Assembly: GCF_009914755.1 (NCBI RefSeq)
Contig: NC_060936.1
From: the human T2T-CHM13v2.0 reference genome, Homo sapiens
DNA: 64,000 nucleotides
Strand: one strand, 5' to 3'
Shown piece after piece: positions 1-14,231 of this stretch (position 1 is the stretch's first letter; every line of letters starts with the position of its first letter). The position numbers and the translations under genes are program-made. The notes under the pieces were generated by a model, which saw only the letters and a list, made by a program, of their open reading frames with translations, was not told the DNA's origin and did not search any database.

Positions 1-3000
1 CATCTATTCATTGCCAGAAAAGGTTGATTTGAAAATGGTTTAAAATTATCTGTGCTAAAAATGAACATTCTCATCAACATTAAAAAAAGTTAAGGCTGAT
101 ATCATAAGTAGAAACCAAATTTGCAGCATACTCAGAGAATTAATAAAAATAGCACCAGTGACCTTATTTCTGTGACCTGGAGTCATGTCTTCCACGGGGC
201 CCTGGGCTCGCACTGCTGGTTTTGGGTTCCTGGTGCAGGCTTTCTGCTCAGGAGCTCACATCCTCATCGTGTCCCTTCTCTCTCCGAGGTTTTCCCCTGG
301 CTTTTCTCCATATCCAGCCTCCTCCTTGGCGGTTGTTTCGGGAAGCCCTCTTCCTCCTAAGTGGGCAGTGTCCTTTTTGTGGAAAGCCTATCAGACAACA
401 GAGTTCACCTGAGTGAACTGGACCTAGCTGGGGTGGGCTCCAGGGCTGCTGTCCAGGGGAGGGAGACCCCAAAACGACACTCTGTCTTTGCATGCTGCTG
501 TCAACATGGTGATTAGGGCCCAGGCCCTGAGGAGCCATGTCAAGGCATCTGCTGATGGACACTGCGATGGCTTCCAGCGTCTGGCGACTTCCAGTGGTTC
601 CGGAGTGCATGACCCTGCACATGCTTCTTTAGAATAAATTCCTGGCAGGTGAATCTGTGGGCAAAGGGCACAGGCATGTTGATTTTGAAAGACATTGCCG
701 CATTGCACTCTGGGAACCGTGTACCAATTTATTGCTCCTCCAGCCAGGGTCAAGAATGGGTAGCTTTGCTTTACATGTGAGTCACAGAAACATGGCGTCA
801 TCTCTGGGTGCTTCTAACTTCTCCTGCTGAGTGCAGTTCAAGCAGGGGAACGAACCCCTGGGCTGTCCAGTAGATCTGCATCCAGACCCACCCTTCACCA
901 CCCCAACTGCTCCACTCCCCAGGCCTAATTTCTGCCCCTTTGAAATTAGCAACCCCAGATCCAGTAAGAACCCAGAGAAGGCAAGTTTTTCTTTTAATTG
1001 GATAAAATTATCCTAGAAAAGTAGGCCATTGGAACAGATAGAGAATTCATCCAGAACAGACCCTGTAACTTCTCAGTACACCCATGAGAATCTATGTCAG
1101 AGAATTAAAAGAATCAGCAAGTAAGATGACATAAAAAAGTATAAAATCAGAATATTGACATTATTTATAGTAGAAATAACAGAAGCATGAATAAACATAA
1201 CACTAATGATTGTGTAAATTCTAATACATCCACGCTAAGGGAGATTATTCATCTCTATACTAAAAGAGGAATGATGAAGTCACGAAACGTGGTGTAACTG
1301 TGAAAGAATGGGGTTGTCACCATGCCAGTGCGTTTGCAGGGATTTCCAAGGTAACATTGTGTGAAAAGGACAAGACGTAGACTAGAGTGATACATATCCC
1401 ATTTTTGTAAAGCCACGCCAAAATCCCCTATGCGTGGGTGTGTTTCTGTATATGTGTTTAAATATGCAACATTTGTATCTTGGTATGTGATTATCAGAAA
1501 GGCACGGGCAGTGCATTCAAGGTTGTTAGTGGGCAGGGGCGAGGAGGGGGCCACAGAGGTGAGGCAGTGGCAGGAGCTGGGGAGAGAAAGGACTGTAAAC
1601 ACCAGCCTGTGGGCTCTGACCCAGGTGTGTATTTGTGTGGAATTGTGTGATATGATCAAATGAGTAAAGTCAGCCTGCTGGCAGAGGTGTTTCTGAGGCC
1701 TGCTACCCAGGGGTGGTGTTTCATGTTCACTGCGCCTTCCTGATGTCCGGGTGCTGAGACACGCCCATGCCTGTGTTTGCTGTATGAATGAGGGTATGGA
1801 GGAGTGAGTCTGTTCCACAAGGGGAGAGGAACTTAGGGAAAGAGATGTGTTCTCCTTGGAGGCCAGAATGCCACATGCGTACTGGTTTAGTCGGTGGATC
1901 CCAGTCATGCTGGCACAACTGGTCTGTACTGCCGCAGGTAGGTGGGAGCTCAACTTTCTGTCCTCCCTAAGGACTGGCTGGCAGGGTGCGAGGGAGTGAG
2001 GACCTGAGGTTAACACAGGGGTGGATGCAGGTGTGGGCTGGCTCAGCCAGGGACCGAGAGGAGGGCTCAGGCGTGGACTACTCAGCGTTTCTTGCTGAAG
2101 CCACACACCCAATGAAGGTGCTGGGCATGGGGACTGGTGCCGTGGAAGGCATTTGGGCCTGGCCTTAGGGAAAATTCAGCTGCACCTACTCCTGGCGCTT
2201 GTGTTCCCCGCTCAGGGTGTGCAGGCCAGGGAGGTGGTCTGGTTGTCTAAGGTGGGAGAGCCCCCGATATTGATAGACAGTCCTGCCAAGGCTGCACCCA
2301 GTGGGAAGGGCAGTGGTCGAGGAGCGTGTGGGAGGTTGGGAGGAGTCCCAGGGCCCGCCACGGTGCGCTCTTTCTTCCTGCAGGTGGCCACTTCCTCCCA
2401 GGCGGCCACTTCCCAGGCTTCAGGCATGGGAAGCGTCCCAGGCATGGGCACCTGCCTTGGGGTGGCTCTGACCTGGGGGGTGCAGGAGCCCTGTGCCAGT
2501 ACAGGAGCACCTGGGAATGCCAGTCCCCGAGCACCCGCTCCTGGGGCCTGGTGGTCACAGGGAAAAAGCATTTCAATAGGACGGTCATGAACCGTGGTCT
2601 GAAGGCTGACTCTGGCCAGTGACTGGGCTTCTCCTAGCCCACAGAGGCTTAAATTTTTAAAAATTGGTTGTCAGTATTCCAAAACACAGACATTTTATCT
2701 AAAATTTGGGATTTCTTTTTTTTTTTTTTTAAATAAAACAAGAAGAGGAAGATGTGGCCACGCTGGGCTTCCCCCTCTGGCTGGAAACGATGCTGGAGGC
2801 GAGTGGCTACCACCCCTGCACTCAGGGCGAGGTCCCCAGGGCCCCCCGGTCCCCATGGCCTCCCCGTACCACAAGCAGCTGCCCCTCCTCATCACGTTCG
2901 CATCGCTCTTCTGCTTTTAGGAGACAGTGAAATGCTTCCTGCTCTTGTCTTGGTGGGAAGGTGACATATGCACTGAGAAGGACTTGGGTTAGAACTGTGG

Positions 3001-3764
3001 GAGGGAGGATGCTTGTTTTGGCAGCACAGTCCCACCTGGTGGTTATGTCTGCAGGCCCCCACTGGCCTCCTGAGCTGATGCCCTGCCTCTCAGGAGGCAT
3101 TTGAGGTTGTAGTTTCTGAGTCAGAGGAGTCCGTGTCCTGAAACCAACTGCAGGCTTTTCTGGGCATTTCTAAATCTAGCTACGGGTGGGAAAGGAAGGG
3201 CACCGTGGGGGCACACCACGCCTTCCTGAGGCAGGAACGGCAGTGCAGCCTCCGCCCAGACCCATGGTTCTAGGCCCCGTGCCCCGCGGTTACCCAGCCA
3301 GGTGCAGCCTTGAGCCTCTCAGATGGGCCCTGGCTCCAGGGAGGGGCACAGGGCGGGCAGTGGCAGGGGCCTGAATTACACGGTGTTGCTGGGAGCTGTG
3401 AGAACCACTCTGAGCTGTATTTGCGGTCCCGAGGGTGTGTCACAGGCGGGACTGTGCCAACTGCAGTGCCGGCAGCCGCAGCATGTACAGCTCAAGTCAG
3501 AAACAGGCTCCCTCCACGGGGTCTCTGTGTGAATGTTAGCCAGACCACCTCCCAATAACACCTCCTGCATGCAGCTGGGGTTAGTAGTGGCCCCTCTGCC
3601 TCCCAGCCAGCTGGACACACAGGTCCCTCCCAGTGATGTGCCAGGTGGCCTTGGGCAGGTGCCTGCTCTGAGCCTCAGTTTCCCCGCTGTGACATGGGTG
3701 GGACCCTTTCCTTGTGGAGCTGTGGTGGTGATGAGGAGGCAGAAGTAAGCACAGCTCAGGCCCA

Positions 3765-4020
3765 AGCACCCAGCCTCAGCAGCACCCAGCCTCAGCACCC
3801 AGCCCTGAGCACCCAGCCTCAGCACCCAGCCCTGAGCACCCAGCCTCAGCACCCAGCGTCAGCACCCAGCCTCAGTCCCCAGCCTCAGCACCCAGCCTCG
3901 GCACCCAGCCCTGAGCACCCAGTCTCAGCACCCAGCCCTGAGCACCCAGCCTCGGTACCCAGCCCTGAGCACCCAGTCTCAGTACACAGCCTCAGTACCC
4001 AGCCTCAGCACCCAGCCCCA
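3765..4020. repeat. Minisatellite, 13/14-bp unit CAGCACCCAGCCT / GAGCACCCAGCCCT, ~19 copies
   Basis: Directly visible tandem array. Confidence 0.95.
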
Positions 4021-5809
4021 AACACTGCCTGACAGAGTGAGGTCACAGTGAGCCATGAGTATGAGGTCCCTAGGGATGTCCTGGCCCTGAGGACCCCTGA
4101 GAGTGGAGTGGGAGTGGGGTGGGGTGGAGCAGGCCTGGCTACTGCACCTGGGACTGCAGCCATCCCAGCATTGACCCGTTCATGGCCACAAGTCTCCTTC
4201 CATTCACTCTTCATAAGGAAGGTTCAGTCCTGTGGCTGTGGGCACCGGGGCAGGACGGTCTATTGCCCTGTTGATGGGGGTGGGGGTAACTGTGGAGGCT
4301 GGAGGGGCTCCAAGGAGAGGCCCCTCCACCCATCCCTGGACCCCTCTAATCCTGGAGGCAGAAGAGGGTCCTGCCTTGCCCAGGAGTAACAAGGAAGTTG
4401 GTTTGTTCAGCAGCGCCCCCCCGACTCCCCAAGCAATACTGTGGTTCACCAGTGTCTTCTGGCTGAGTGGGGAGGGCATGCATCCTCAGTACCATCCTCT
4501 TAGAGACCCAGAAAATTGTCACCATCCCTTCTGATTTCCCAGCCTGTGCAGTTCTTCCAGAAGGAGAGGGTGGTGGGCAAAGCCTGCTGGGTCCTTCTGC
4601 ATGGGCTCCTTACCATTCCACCAGCAAGCCCTCCAGGTGCACGGGTGCACGCTGTTCCCGCCCCGCCTTACGGATGAGTTTTCCTGAGCCCTGTCCTGGG
4701 CTGCTGAGAGCTGGGCTGGGGATGGGAGCTGGGAGCTCACCCGGGGGAGGCGCAGGGGCATGCGTCCTTCCACCCCCTCCCGTCTCCTGCCCTACCCACC
4801 CCTTCCCATGCCCCTCCAGTCTCCCTCGAGACGCCCCCTCTCAGCCCCCAGGGCCCTCCCCTGTACCCTGTGGCCTGTGCCTCTCTGAGTGGAGAGCTGA
4901 GTGAGCCCTGGGAACAGGGCTGACACCTGCCACCCCCATCTCTCCCTTCAGTCCCCCCGACTCTCAGGCTGCTGGCCACCTGGGACATTGGGAAATGGGC
5001 CTAAGAGGTAAAAACCTGCACTTCGAGGTGGAGCAGCAGCCAGTTGCTGCCGGGACTCAGCTTTGCTGTCAGCTCAGCCCCAGCCCTGCCTGGGCACCTT
5101 GCAGTCCTGGGGGCAGGGAGACGTAGCTTCAAGGTTCTGAGGGTTCCACCCCTGCCCCTCTTGACAAATTCAATTGCCGTTGCCTCCTCCAACCAGACCC
5201 AGGCTGCTCCTTTTAGAGGAGAAGCATATGTTGCTTCATTTATTCCCTAATTCTCCTGAAGAAGTGTCTGCTCTGGAGTGTGCTGGGCTGGAGCCGCTCT
5301 GCAGAGGGAGCTGCAGCAGCCTCTGGGGTGGTCCTGTCTTGGGGGATCTTCTTTCGGGGCTACCCTCAGAATTGGGGTCTTACTCTGTGGGGCTGAGGGT
5401 GGGCCGGGTGACCAGGACTGGGAACATGGTCAGGGGCCAGACTGGACGTTCCCAGGGCAGATGGACGCATAGCCCGGCCGAGGGATCGGGTCGCTTTGGG
5501 GGGCAGCTGTGGGCTGCAAGGCTGTGGTCAGGGCTTGACGTCTGAAGCAGGCCAGGTTTCTGGTCAACACGTATTTTTTGTCATGAGTGTGTTGAATCTT
5601 GGGAATTAGAGTGGGGATGTGGGCCGTCTTTGAGAAGCCGCCAGCCCCCGTGTTAGGAGTGGGACAGGAGCTCGAGGGTTCTTTTTGGGACATACAGGAA
5701 GCTGGGGTGTCAGGAGACAGAGGGGTTCTGTAGGTTGAATTGTTTGTAAAGATGATACACGCATGTGGGAAAATGCAAGAACACAGAAGGCAGAGTGTGG
5801 AAACTGACA

Positions 5810-5910
5810 GTCACGGCCACCGTTCCCGCCTCCCAGCCCTGCCCAGAGCAGCGGCTTAGGGTCACGGCCACCATTCCTGCCTCCCGGCCCTGCCCAGAGC
5901 AGCGGCCTAG
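5810..5910. repeat. 51-bp tandem duplication (GTCACGGCCACC...GCAGCGGCYTAG x2)
   Basis: Copies start at 5810 and 5861. Confidence 0.9.
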
Positions 5911-6069
5911 ACACGCGCTTGCTTTTCTGTCATTCCAGACGCAGTTGCTGAGCCTGGGGCCCCGCTTTGCTCTTTGTTCTTTTTTTGTTTGTTTTTAAAA
6001 TTTTCTGTACCTCAATGGATGCAAACCTTCCTTTAAACAAAGGGTAGTGAAGCATAAAGACTGCACCCT

Positions 6070-6243
6070 TTATTTTTATTTACAATTTATTTGTGTTAGA
6101 GACAAGGTTGCACGCTGTGGTCCAGGCTGGAGTCAGTGGCGCCACCTTGGCTCACTGCAGCCTTGACCTCCTGGGCTCCAGAGATCCTCCTACCTCAGCC
6201 TCCCAAGCAGCTGAGACTAGAGGTGTGCACCACCATGCCTGGC
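6070..6243 (-). mobile_element. Old Alu monomer (FRAM or AluJ right arm)
   Basis: T-rich tail, then gagacaagg...ccaggctggag...ctcactgcagccttgacctcctgggctc...caccatgcctggc. Confidence 0.85.
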
Positions 6244-6407
6244 AAGATAGCACACTTTAAAAAATGTATGCACGTATCTTGGAGGTTGCTCCTTCTCAGG
6301 GTACACAGAGCCACATCTCCCGTGTTAACCACTGCATAGCTCTCCCGCGGGTGGACACTGAAGTCATGGTGGTCTTTGGCCGCAGCAAATAACCAGCATC
6401 CTATGCA

Positions 6408-6583
6408 CACATCCCGCCTCCATCTGTGAGGATGGGTTCCCGTGGGGCACTGCTGGTCCAGGTTTACATCCCGCCTCCATCTGTGAGGATGGGTTCCCGT
6501 GGGGCACTGCCGGTCCAGTTTTATATCCCGCCTCCATCTGTGAGGATGGGTTCCCGTGGGGCACTGCCAGTCCAGGTTTACAT
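6408..6583. repeat. 57-bp tandem repeat, 3 copies
   Basis: CATCTGTGAGGATGGGTTCCCGTGGGGCACTGC recurs at 6421, 6478 and 6535. Confidence 0.92.
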
Positions 6584-7961
6584 CGCCACAACTGTTTAAA
6601 GCAGCCATCGTCTGGGGCACAGTGGGGACTCAGCCCTGAGTTCCCAGTCATGTTGAGTCCTGGGTTCTGCTCTGAGATCCACCTGCCTCCTGCTGCCCAG
6701 CTCTGCCTCCCACGGCCGACCACTGTGCTGAGTTGCAGGTCTGTCACTTGGGGCAGGTGATGGGAGGGGAGGAGGCCCAGCAGCTCTTCTCTCGCCCCTA
6801 CACGTGGCTTTTTGGGCAGTGGCCACGCCTCTGCTGTGGCTGCAGCCCTGCTGGACAGTCTATGGATCTGGCTTCCACGGGGGGATTTGTGGCGAGGCTC
6901 ATTCCTGGGCCACCTCACTACCCCTATGAGGTCCCCCTTTCTCTCCCCTCCCGAGGGTTAGCAATTCCCTGAGTCAAATGTTCCACTCTTTGAAAGGCTG
7001 GAGTGGTTTCTGTTTTCCCAGATGGCCCCAGACTGATGCACAAGCTGTGCGGCCAGGGGAGACAGCAGGAGCCCCCAGGGTTCCTGGTCTGGAAAACAAG
7101 AGGGTGATGGTCCCCCCAGCTGACACTTTCAACAAGGTCACTGTGACCCGAGGCAGGCCAGTCCCAGCATCTGTTCAAACACACAGCAGCCCAGCTGGGT
7201 CCTCGGGGAAGATCTCCTGCCTGTGGCCAGTCCTCTCCCGTCCTGCAGCACCCCTCAAGTGGCCAAGCAGCTCATTTCTACCTGTCCCCGGGCTGTCGGT
7301 TCATTTCCATCAGTGGACGTGAAATGTGCCAGCAACTGGACCCAGCCCGGGGGAGGCTGGCTGCATGCTGCTGGCACATGCTACGGCTGCCTACGGCCAG
7401 GGATGGCCGCCAAACCAGGGATGCCTGGAGTCACAGATCCTCCAGGGCCTGGTCACTCGTGCTGTCCAGGAGCCAAGGGCAGGAGTGCAGCCCAGCCAGG
7501 GGCTGAGGGCTGCCCTGAGGGGAGACAGGCCCCGTGAGAGCCTGGATGCCAGCCGCGGAGAGACCAGAGACAGGCAGGAGCCAGCCTGGCCGGGACAGGG
7601 TGGGCGTCAAAGGTTGGGGAGCAGATGGTTGGTTCAAGGGCTGGTGTGGGGGTGGAGTGTGGACCTAGCCCGGAGTTCCTGCTCTTGTGCCCGGGAGCCC
7701 ATCCTCTGCTCACCCTGCTCTCTGCTCTACGCTTGGCTTCCTGCCAAGTCCAACCAAGGAGAGATGGTGCTGCTGGGGTGGGCGAAGGGGCCAGCCTCCT
7801 GCCTGGGCTTCTGCTGGCATGGGCGTCCCCCTGTGGCTCCAGCGCCTGCATGCAGACCCTCCCCTGCACCCCTGCGCCAGCCTCACCTGGGCAGGCTGGT
7901 CTGGTTCCAGTTTCTGCTGGTGGCCTGGCCTGGCTCTGCTGCCGTCCCCTCTCCCACTGTC

Positions 7962-8111
7962 CTCCCGCGGTGGCCGCTGTCTGGGCTGCCTCACTGCCTT
8001 CTCCCACGGTGGCCGCTGTCTGGGCCTCACCGCCTTCTCCCACGGTGGCCGCTGTCTGGGCCTCACCGCCTTCTCCTGTGGTGGCTGCTGTCTGGGCTGC
8101 CTCACCGCCTT
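7962..8111. repeat. 36-39-bp tandem repeat, 4 copies (CTCCCACGGTGGCCGCTGTCTGGGC(TGC)CTCACCGCCTT)
   Basis: Directly visible. Confidence 0.9.
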
Positions 8112-9837
8112 CTCTGCTTTTTCAGGGCTTCCCTCACCTTCATAACCAGCTCCCCAAGTCCAATCCCGAGCGGGGAGGGTCTTGCTTTCCCATGATGAAG
8201 GGAGAGGGTGGATGGAGGCAGGTCAGAGGCACGGGCTGGGGCTGGAGCATGCGGGGCCTCAGAAGCCATGGTCGGGGAATGGGGGTTTGAGTCTGAGACT
8301 CAGGCGCTATGGAGCGGGTGAGCCATGAGGGACGAGGCTCCAGTGTACAGCGGAACCCAAGCCAGGAGGGACATGGTAGAGGATGGGGCTGGTGCTGTGG
8401 GGAGACCAGGGAAGCCCAGGAGGCTGAAGAGATCAAGGCAGAGGCTCTAGAAATCCATCAGAAAGAGGATTGGGACAGATGGCCAGTGGTGAGAAGCCAG
8501 CAGGACTCGGAGGTGGGTGCTCCAAGGGAGAGGGAAGGGCCTGGGTCAGGGCCTTTCTCAGATCATGGCCGTGTGAGGGCCACCATCCCTCTTCCCTCTG
8601 CAGTCACCTCCGCCACCGCCCCTGTGTGTTTCCATCACAGCCTCATCAACACGACACTGGCAGCCTTAGGTATTTATTCACGTTTACACATCCACGTCTT
8701 TGTTCATCACCCGCTTCCCCACTGCAATGAGACTTCCGTGCATGGTGCACAGTAGGTGCTGAATACATGCTTGCTGCTGTAGCAGGGGCCATCACGGGTC
8801 AGCCCCAGCCCTGCCTCTCGCCAGCTGCATGGTGGTGGGCAGTCATTTACTGCGGCTGCCTCAGTGTCCTCATCTGTAAAGGGAAACCATGCTGTCCACT
8901 CACAGGCTTGCTCTGAGGAGTCGATGCCTTCAAGCAGCAGGTGCCTCGTTTCTGTCATTTCCAACCACTCTTCTGTGATTCTCCATGATGCCTAGAGTTT
9001 GCCAGATCCTCTGTCGGGCCCCGGGGATTCAGAATTAAACAAGACAGTCGACCTGTCTTCATGGAACTTACCGTCAGAGCTCACATCACTCTGGTCTAGA
9101 AGGCTGTCTCCTGTCCTGTCTGTCAGGTTCCTGCCCAAGCATTGAGGCCTGTGTGAAGCCCTCTCCCTCCTAACGCCCACTCAGTATTTCTCTCCCCCTC
9201 CTTCAGATCACCCTCCCTCCCTTCCAGTTTCCTAAGGCTGTGTGCAGGTCGTGGTGGAGTCAACATTTAACACAGGTTGCAGGGTTAAGTAATACAATGA
9301 CAAATCCATGGCTGAATGTGTGTTACAACTAGAAAGTCCCTGTAGTAAAGAGAAGGCAGTGAGCCACTATCAGGATCACCTAGATTGTCACCTTCTGCCT
9401 CAGTCCACTCTGTGGACTTGAAAGCTGTGTTGAAGCAGTGAGGTTTGCAGACCCTGACGTGTGCATGCCATTTCTTCTTGATCCCTCCTGAAGTCGGCCT
9501 CATTATTCAGACCATTGTGTGGAAGAAGAATGTATAACGTTACATGCAGAAGCCATGGAGACTCCAGTTTATGGGAGATCTCAGGAGTTTTCAAAGGTCA
9601 TTTTGATCATCTATCATTTTTACCTATGGGCTCACCTTATAACTCAAGCACCATGTACCATGTGACCCTCCAATATGTCTGGCCTTATGTTTCTTACAAT
9701 CATTTCAAGGCTGCCTGGTCAGGCTATTAGCTCTGTTCAAGGGAAGAGCCATATGTCTTTCTTTTTAGTGCTCCCCATTGTGCCTGGCATGATGCTGGCT
9801 TTGGGTGGGTTTGATAAAAGTACATGATAAAGAGACT

Positions 9838-10565
9838 TGATTGATGGTGGGGTTGGTTCATGGTGGGGTTGGTTGATGGTGAGGTTTGCTGGTGGTAAGT
9901 TTGGTTGAAGATAGGGTTGGTTGACAGTAGGTTGGTTGAGGGTAGGATTGGCTGAAGATAAAGTTGGTTGATGATGGGTTGGTTGATGATGGGTTTGATT
10001 GATAATCAGGTTGATTGATAGGTTGGTTTATGATGCATTTGGTTAATGGGTTGGTTAATGGTTAGGTTAGTTGGTAGTGGGTTGGTTGAAGGTGAGTTTA
10101 TGATGAGTTTGGTTGATGATGCGTCAGTTGATGGTAGAGTTGGTTGATAGTGGATTACTTGAAGGTAAGGTTGGTTGATGGTGGGTTTGGCTGATGGTGG
10201 AATTGGCTGGTAGATTGGTTGATGATGGGTTGGTTGATGGCAAGGTTGGTTCATGGTCGGTTTGGTTGATGTTCAGGTTGGTTGATGGTGAAGTTGGTTG
10301 ATGATGGGTTGGTTGTTGGTAAGGTCAGTTGATGGTGGAGTTGGTTGATGATGGGTTGGTTGATGTTAAGGTTGGTTGATGGTGGAGTTGGTTTATAGTC
10401 AGATTAGCTGATGATGCATTGTTTGAACGTAAGGTTGGTTGATGGTAGGCTTGGTTAATGGTAAGGTTGATTGATGATGGGTTGGTTGATGGTGGGTTGA
10501 TTGATAATGGGTTGGTTGATGGCATGGTTGGTTGGCGATAAGGTTGATCGATAATATGGTTGGAA
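9838..10565. repeat. Degenerate (GGTT)n/(GAT)n low-complexity tandem array (GGTTGGTTGATG-type)
   Basis: ~730 bp, nearly C-free on the + strand. Confidence 0.92.
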
Positions 10566-11239
10566 GGCTTAAGGCATAAGTGGGTAGGTGTGGGTCTGGG
10601 GCTAGGGCTAGACTCCCATTTGTCAGAAACTCCCAGTAGAATGGGTGGCCAAGAACGGAGATTAAGATGTTTTAGAGAGTTGGCTGACCAACTGCAGCCC
10701 AGTGTGCAGCGAACTCTCATGTCAGCCCACTGGAACCTCACTGCATTTGCAAATAGATGAGCTAAAGCTTTATTTTCTCAATTTAAAAGATATTAATCAG
10801 TGATGTAGATTTAGGAAATCTGTCTGTTGAATCAGTGGCAGAGTCAGATGGGTAGATGTGAGGGCTCTTTCTCCCCTGACGCCTTCAGCAAATACCTCTG
10901 GTTACCATTGTTCCCAGTACTGCTCACTGCTGTTCTTAGAGCTGCGAGATGAGGTAGGAAAAGCTTCCCTAATGCATCCTCAGGGCTTCCCGTGTCCCTG
11001 GGGGAGAGACGATGCCCCATGAAATGCAGCTATGGTGTCCGAGAGTGATATGCATCCCTCTGGTGGGACATGAGATGACTTGGGTAGAGCAGAGATGATC
11101 AGGGGTGGGGAGGAGCCAGGGCTTTGTGGGGTGGAGACCTGTGTGGGGTGCATCTCTTGGGGGGCTTCCCAGGGCAGTGGGCCAGGCAGGCTTTTGGACA
11201 CCACTGCTTTCTTTCCTTTACTAGCAGTGTTTCCACTGA

Positions 11240-11585
<346 letters not shown>

Positions 11586-14103
11586 CCATTGGTTTTTAAC
11601 TGAATTCAGTTTGGTAACTGCTGAAGAGCTGGACGTTCATTTCCAAGAACCATTCCCTCTGCTGAGGCCCAAAACTCTTGTAACTGACCCTTACTTCCAT
11701 CTCTAGGCAGAGATCAGTGTGAGAGACAAGACTTTTCAGTTGTCTTAGAAAGATTGCATATCCAGTATAATGTCAGTGTGTCCTGTATTTGGTTTTATTC
11801 TTAGTTTCTGAAACATCTCACTTCCTCTAAAACAGCACTTCTTAAACCACATCTCTATTGCTGTCATTGGGTCTCTTCCCTTCCTCCTCCAAAGAGTTTA
11901 AGAGATGCCAAGTTGAACATAGCTGAACAGGGGGGTTTATTTTACCTGCAGAATCCTCAGAACTCTTAAGTGGCTTTATATTCATCCAAAAAGTCTTTTA
12001 AGGGGTGCAGAGAATGGAGCTTTTTCCAAACTTATCTGAAAGCAGAAACATCATTTCATGGACAATTTGCTAATAATGTCATGCGGAAACTGGAGTGTCA
12101 CACACTTAGCGTGGGGAATGTGGCCTAGAAACTGAGTTCCCTTCACCCACCGCGGCTATGCGATTAATGGGAGTAGCTCTTGGCCCGTCGGTCTGCAGGT
12201 GGAGATGTTTGTTTCCATTGCCGAGAATGCTGCGGTGGGAATGCACTGGCAGCACCCGCCTGTTGAGGAACTTGTTTTGCCAAACATACTCGGCAGGTGA
12301 CTGATGAGTGCCTACCCCTCCCACAAGGCCCCTTCTGCTGGCAGAAGATGCCTGTGACCTCAGCTCCCACCTGGTGGAGCAGAGATGGGCAGCACTGGGC
12401 AGCCTCGGGCCCCCGGGAGGCCCCTGTTCGCCCACAGCGTCCCAGGTGCCCTGGGTGTTGCCAGGCAGCGATAGGGAGTGGGCTCTGGGCAGAGTCGGTG
12501 TGAGTTCACCAAAGTCTCCACCTTGAGTTCCTCAAGCCCAGTGCAGGAGAGCCCATGAGGGTCAGGGGAAGCCAAGATGGAGGCACACACCCAGGGGACA
12601 TCGTGGCACCTGCTGCAGGGAAGCCCACGGGCATGGCTGTGATTCCCAGGGGTCAGAGGTCAACAGCCTGAAGGTCTTCTCAAATATGGGAGGCCAGGCC
12701 CAGGAGTTGAAGGAAAAAGGTTTATCCATGGGAGAAGGAGTAGTGGGGCTCTCCTACCCCTAACTGCATGATTCTGCAATAACCAGAAACAAGAACAAGA
12801 AACCGCAGCCATTCTCCTGAGGGGACGGGGGCCCCATTTCTTCAAAGTTCCCTCTCATCCTCAGGGATACTGATGGGCTCCCCTGTGACTGCCCCTCCTC
12901 TCTCCCTGGGGCATCATGAACCTGGAAGGGGGATTCTTCCGTCTCCCTGGCCCTGGCCACGCAGTGCCCACCTTTCCCGTGATAGCCACAACGTCCGTGG
13001 AGAGGGAAGTCCAGCCCCTGGGAAACTGGAAGTTGTGCGCAGGTCCTTGCCTGCTGAGGCCTGAGCCGGCGTTCAGCACAGGTGGCTCTGCCCAGCCCTC
13101 AGCCTCTCTGCCTTGTCCCTGAGCCGGAGAGCACAAAAGGGCCCCTCCAGGGGAAATGCTGCTGGTGTCATGGCAACAGCTGTTTCACTCCTGAAGGGGG
13201 CCAGGCCAAGGCCCTGCCTTCTGCAAGCACTGGTTCTCAGAGAAGATACCAGGGCCTGCAGGGTGAAAATGAGCTCCTGCTAAAATGGGAGGCACAGGCT
13301 GTGGCGTCCAGGCTGCCCCTACCCCAGCCCCACGCACCCAGGAATCTAGCACGTCTGTAGCCCCTCGGGCGTGAGCCCACTCCGCTGTGAATCACAGTTG
13401 AAGGCGGTGCTTGCTGAGTGTTCGGGCTTCCCATGGCCCCCTGGCCCCAGGTTGCTCCCCGTGGTCCAGTGCACTACCTGCCTCACCCTGAGCTGGGGCC
13501 CCCTGGGCCTGCGGCATCTCCTCCCTCATTGCCAACAGCTCCTTACACACTCAGAGTGGCCTCCTTTTGTTCCTTTGTCCTGGTGATCGGGGAGAAGGCA
13601 TTTAGACTCCCCCTACCCGCATGCCACAGGAGGAAGCTGGAGGCAGGCGTCTCGGAGGACGGGGGGACGTGGGTCTGGGGTCTGGGGCCTCAGTGCCGGA
13701 CAGGGACAGCATGATGCAGGCTTCAGGCTTCAGCTGGGCCTCTGACAAGAGCCATGGGCCACAGGAGGAAGCACGTGGCGCCCTCCTGCACGTGAGCAGC
13801 TGGGAGGCTGCCCTTCCAGGCCTGTGGCTTAGGAGCCCGGAGCCTCCTGGAGCGCAGGGTCACATGTGTCTGAGCTTGAGGCCCCGACTTCAGAACCGAG
13901 GGGGCGCCGTCTGGATTGTGCGGTCGGTGAACTGCGGCTTCGGTTCTATCCTTTGTGGCCCTGCAGCCGCTTAATCCCCAGGTGTGTTCTGTTCTGCCTC
14001 ATTCCCACAAGGTGTTGGGACCCAGCAGACACGGGTGCTGGCGATCACCACCGTGTCCATTTAGAGAGCTTTCCTGAGGCCCACAGTGTGCAGGCGGCAG
14101 CCA

Positions 14104-14231
14104 TTGTGCGGGGACTGGGAGGGTTGTGGCCTCAGGCGGGGGCGGTAGCCAGCTCTTCCCTAGCACTACTTTGTGCGGGGACTGGGAGGGTCGTGGCCTC
14201 AGGCCGGGGCGGTAACCAGCTCTTCCCTAGC
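14104..14231. repeat. 67-bp tandem duplication
   Basis: TTGTGCGGGGACTGGGAGGGTYGTGGCCTCAGGC...CCAGCTCTTCCCTAGC at 14104 and 14171. Confidence 0.9.

Noticed and set aside
1255-2112. 285-aa ORF on the - strand
   Set aside because: No recognisable domain, and it overlaps decayed L1-like and GC-rich sequence; such ORFs are expected by chance.
3694-4032. Pro/Ser/Gln-rich repetitive ORF
   Set aside because: It is a translation of the 13/14-bp minisatellite.
7326-8290. Several overlapping long ORFs (289, 221 and 196 aa)
   Set aside because: Open in multiple frames on both strands because of high GC and a tandem repeat; no protein signature.
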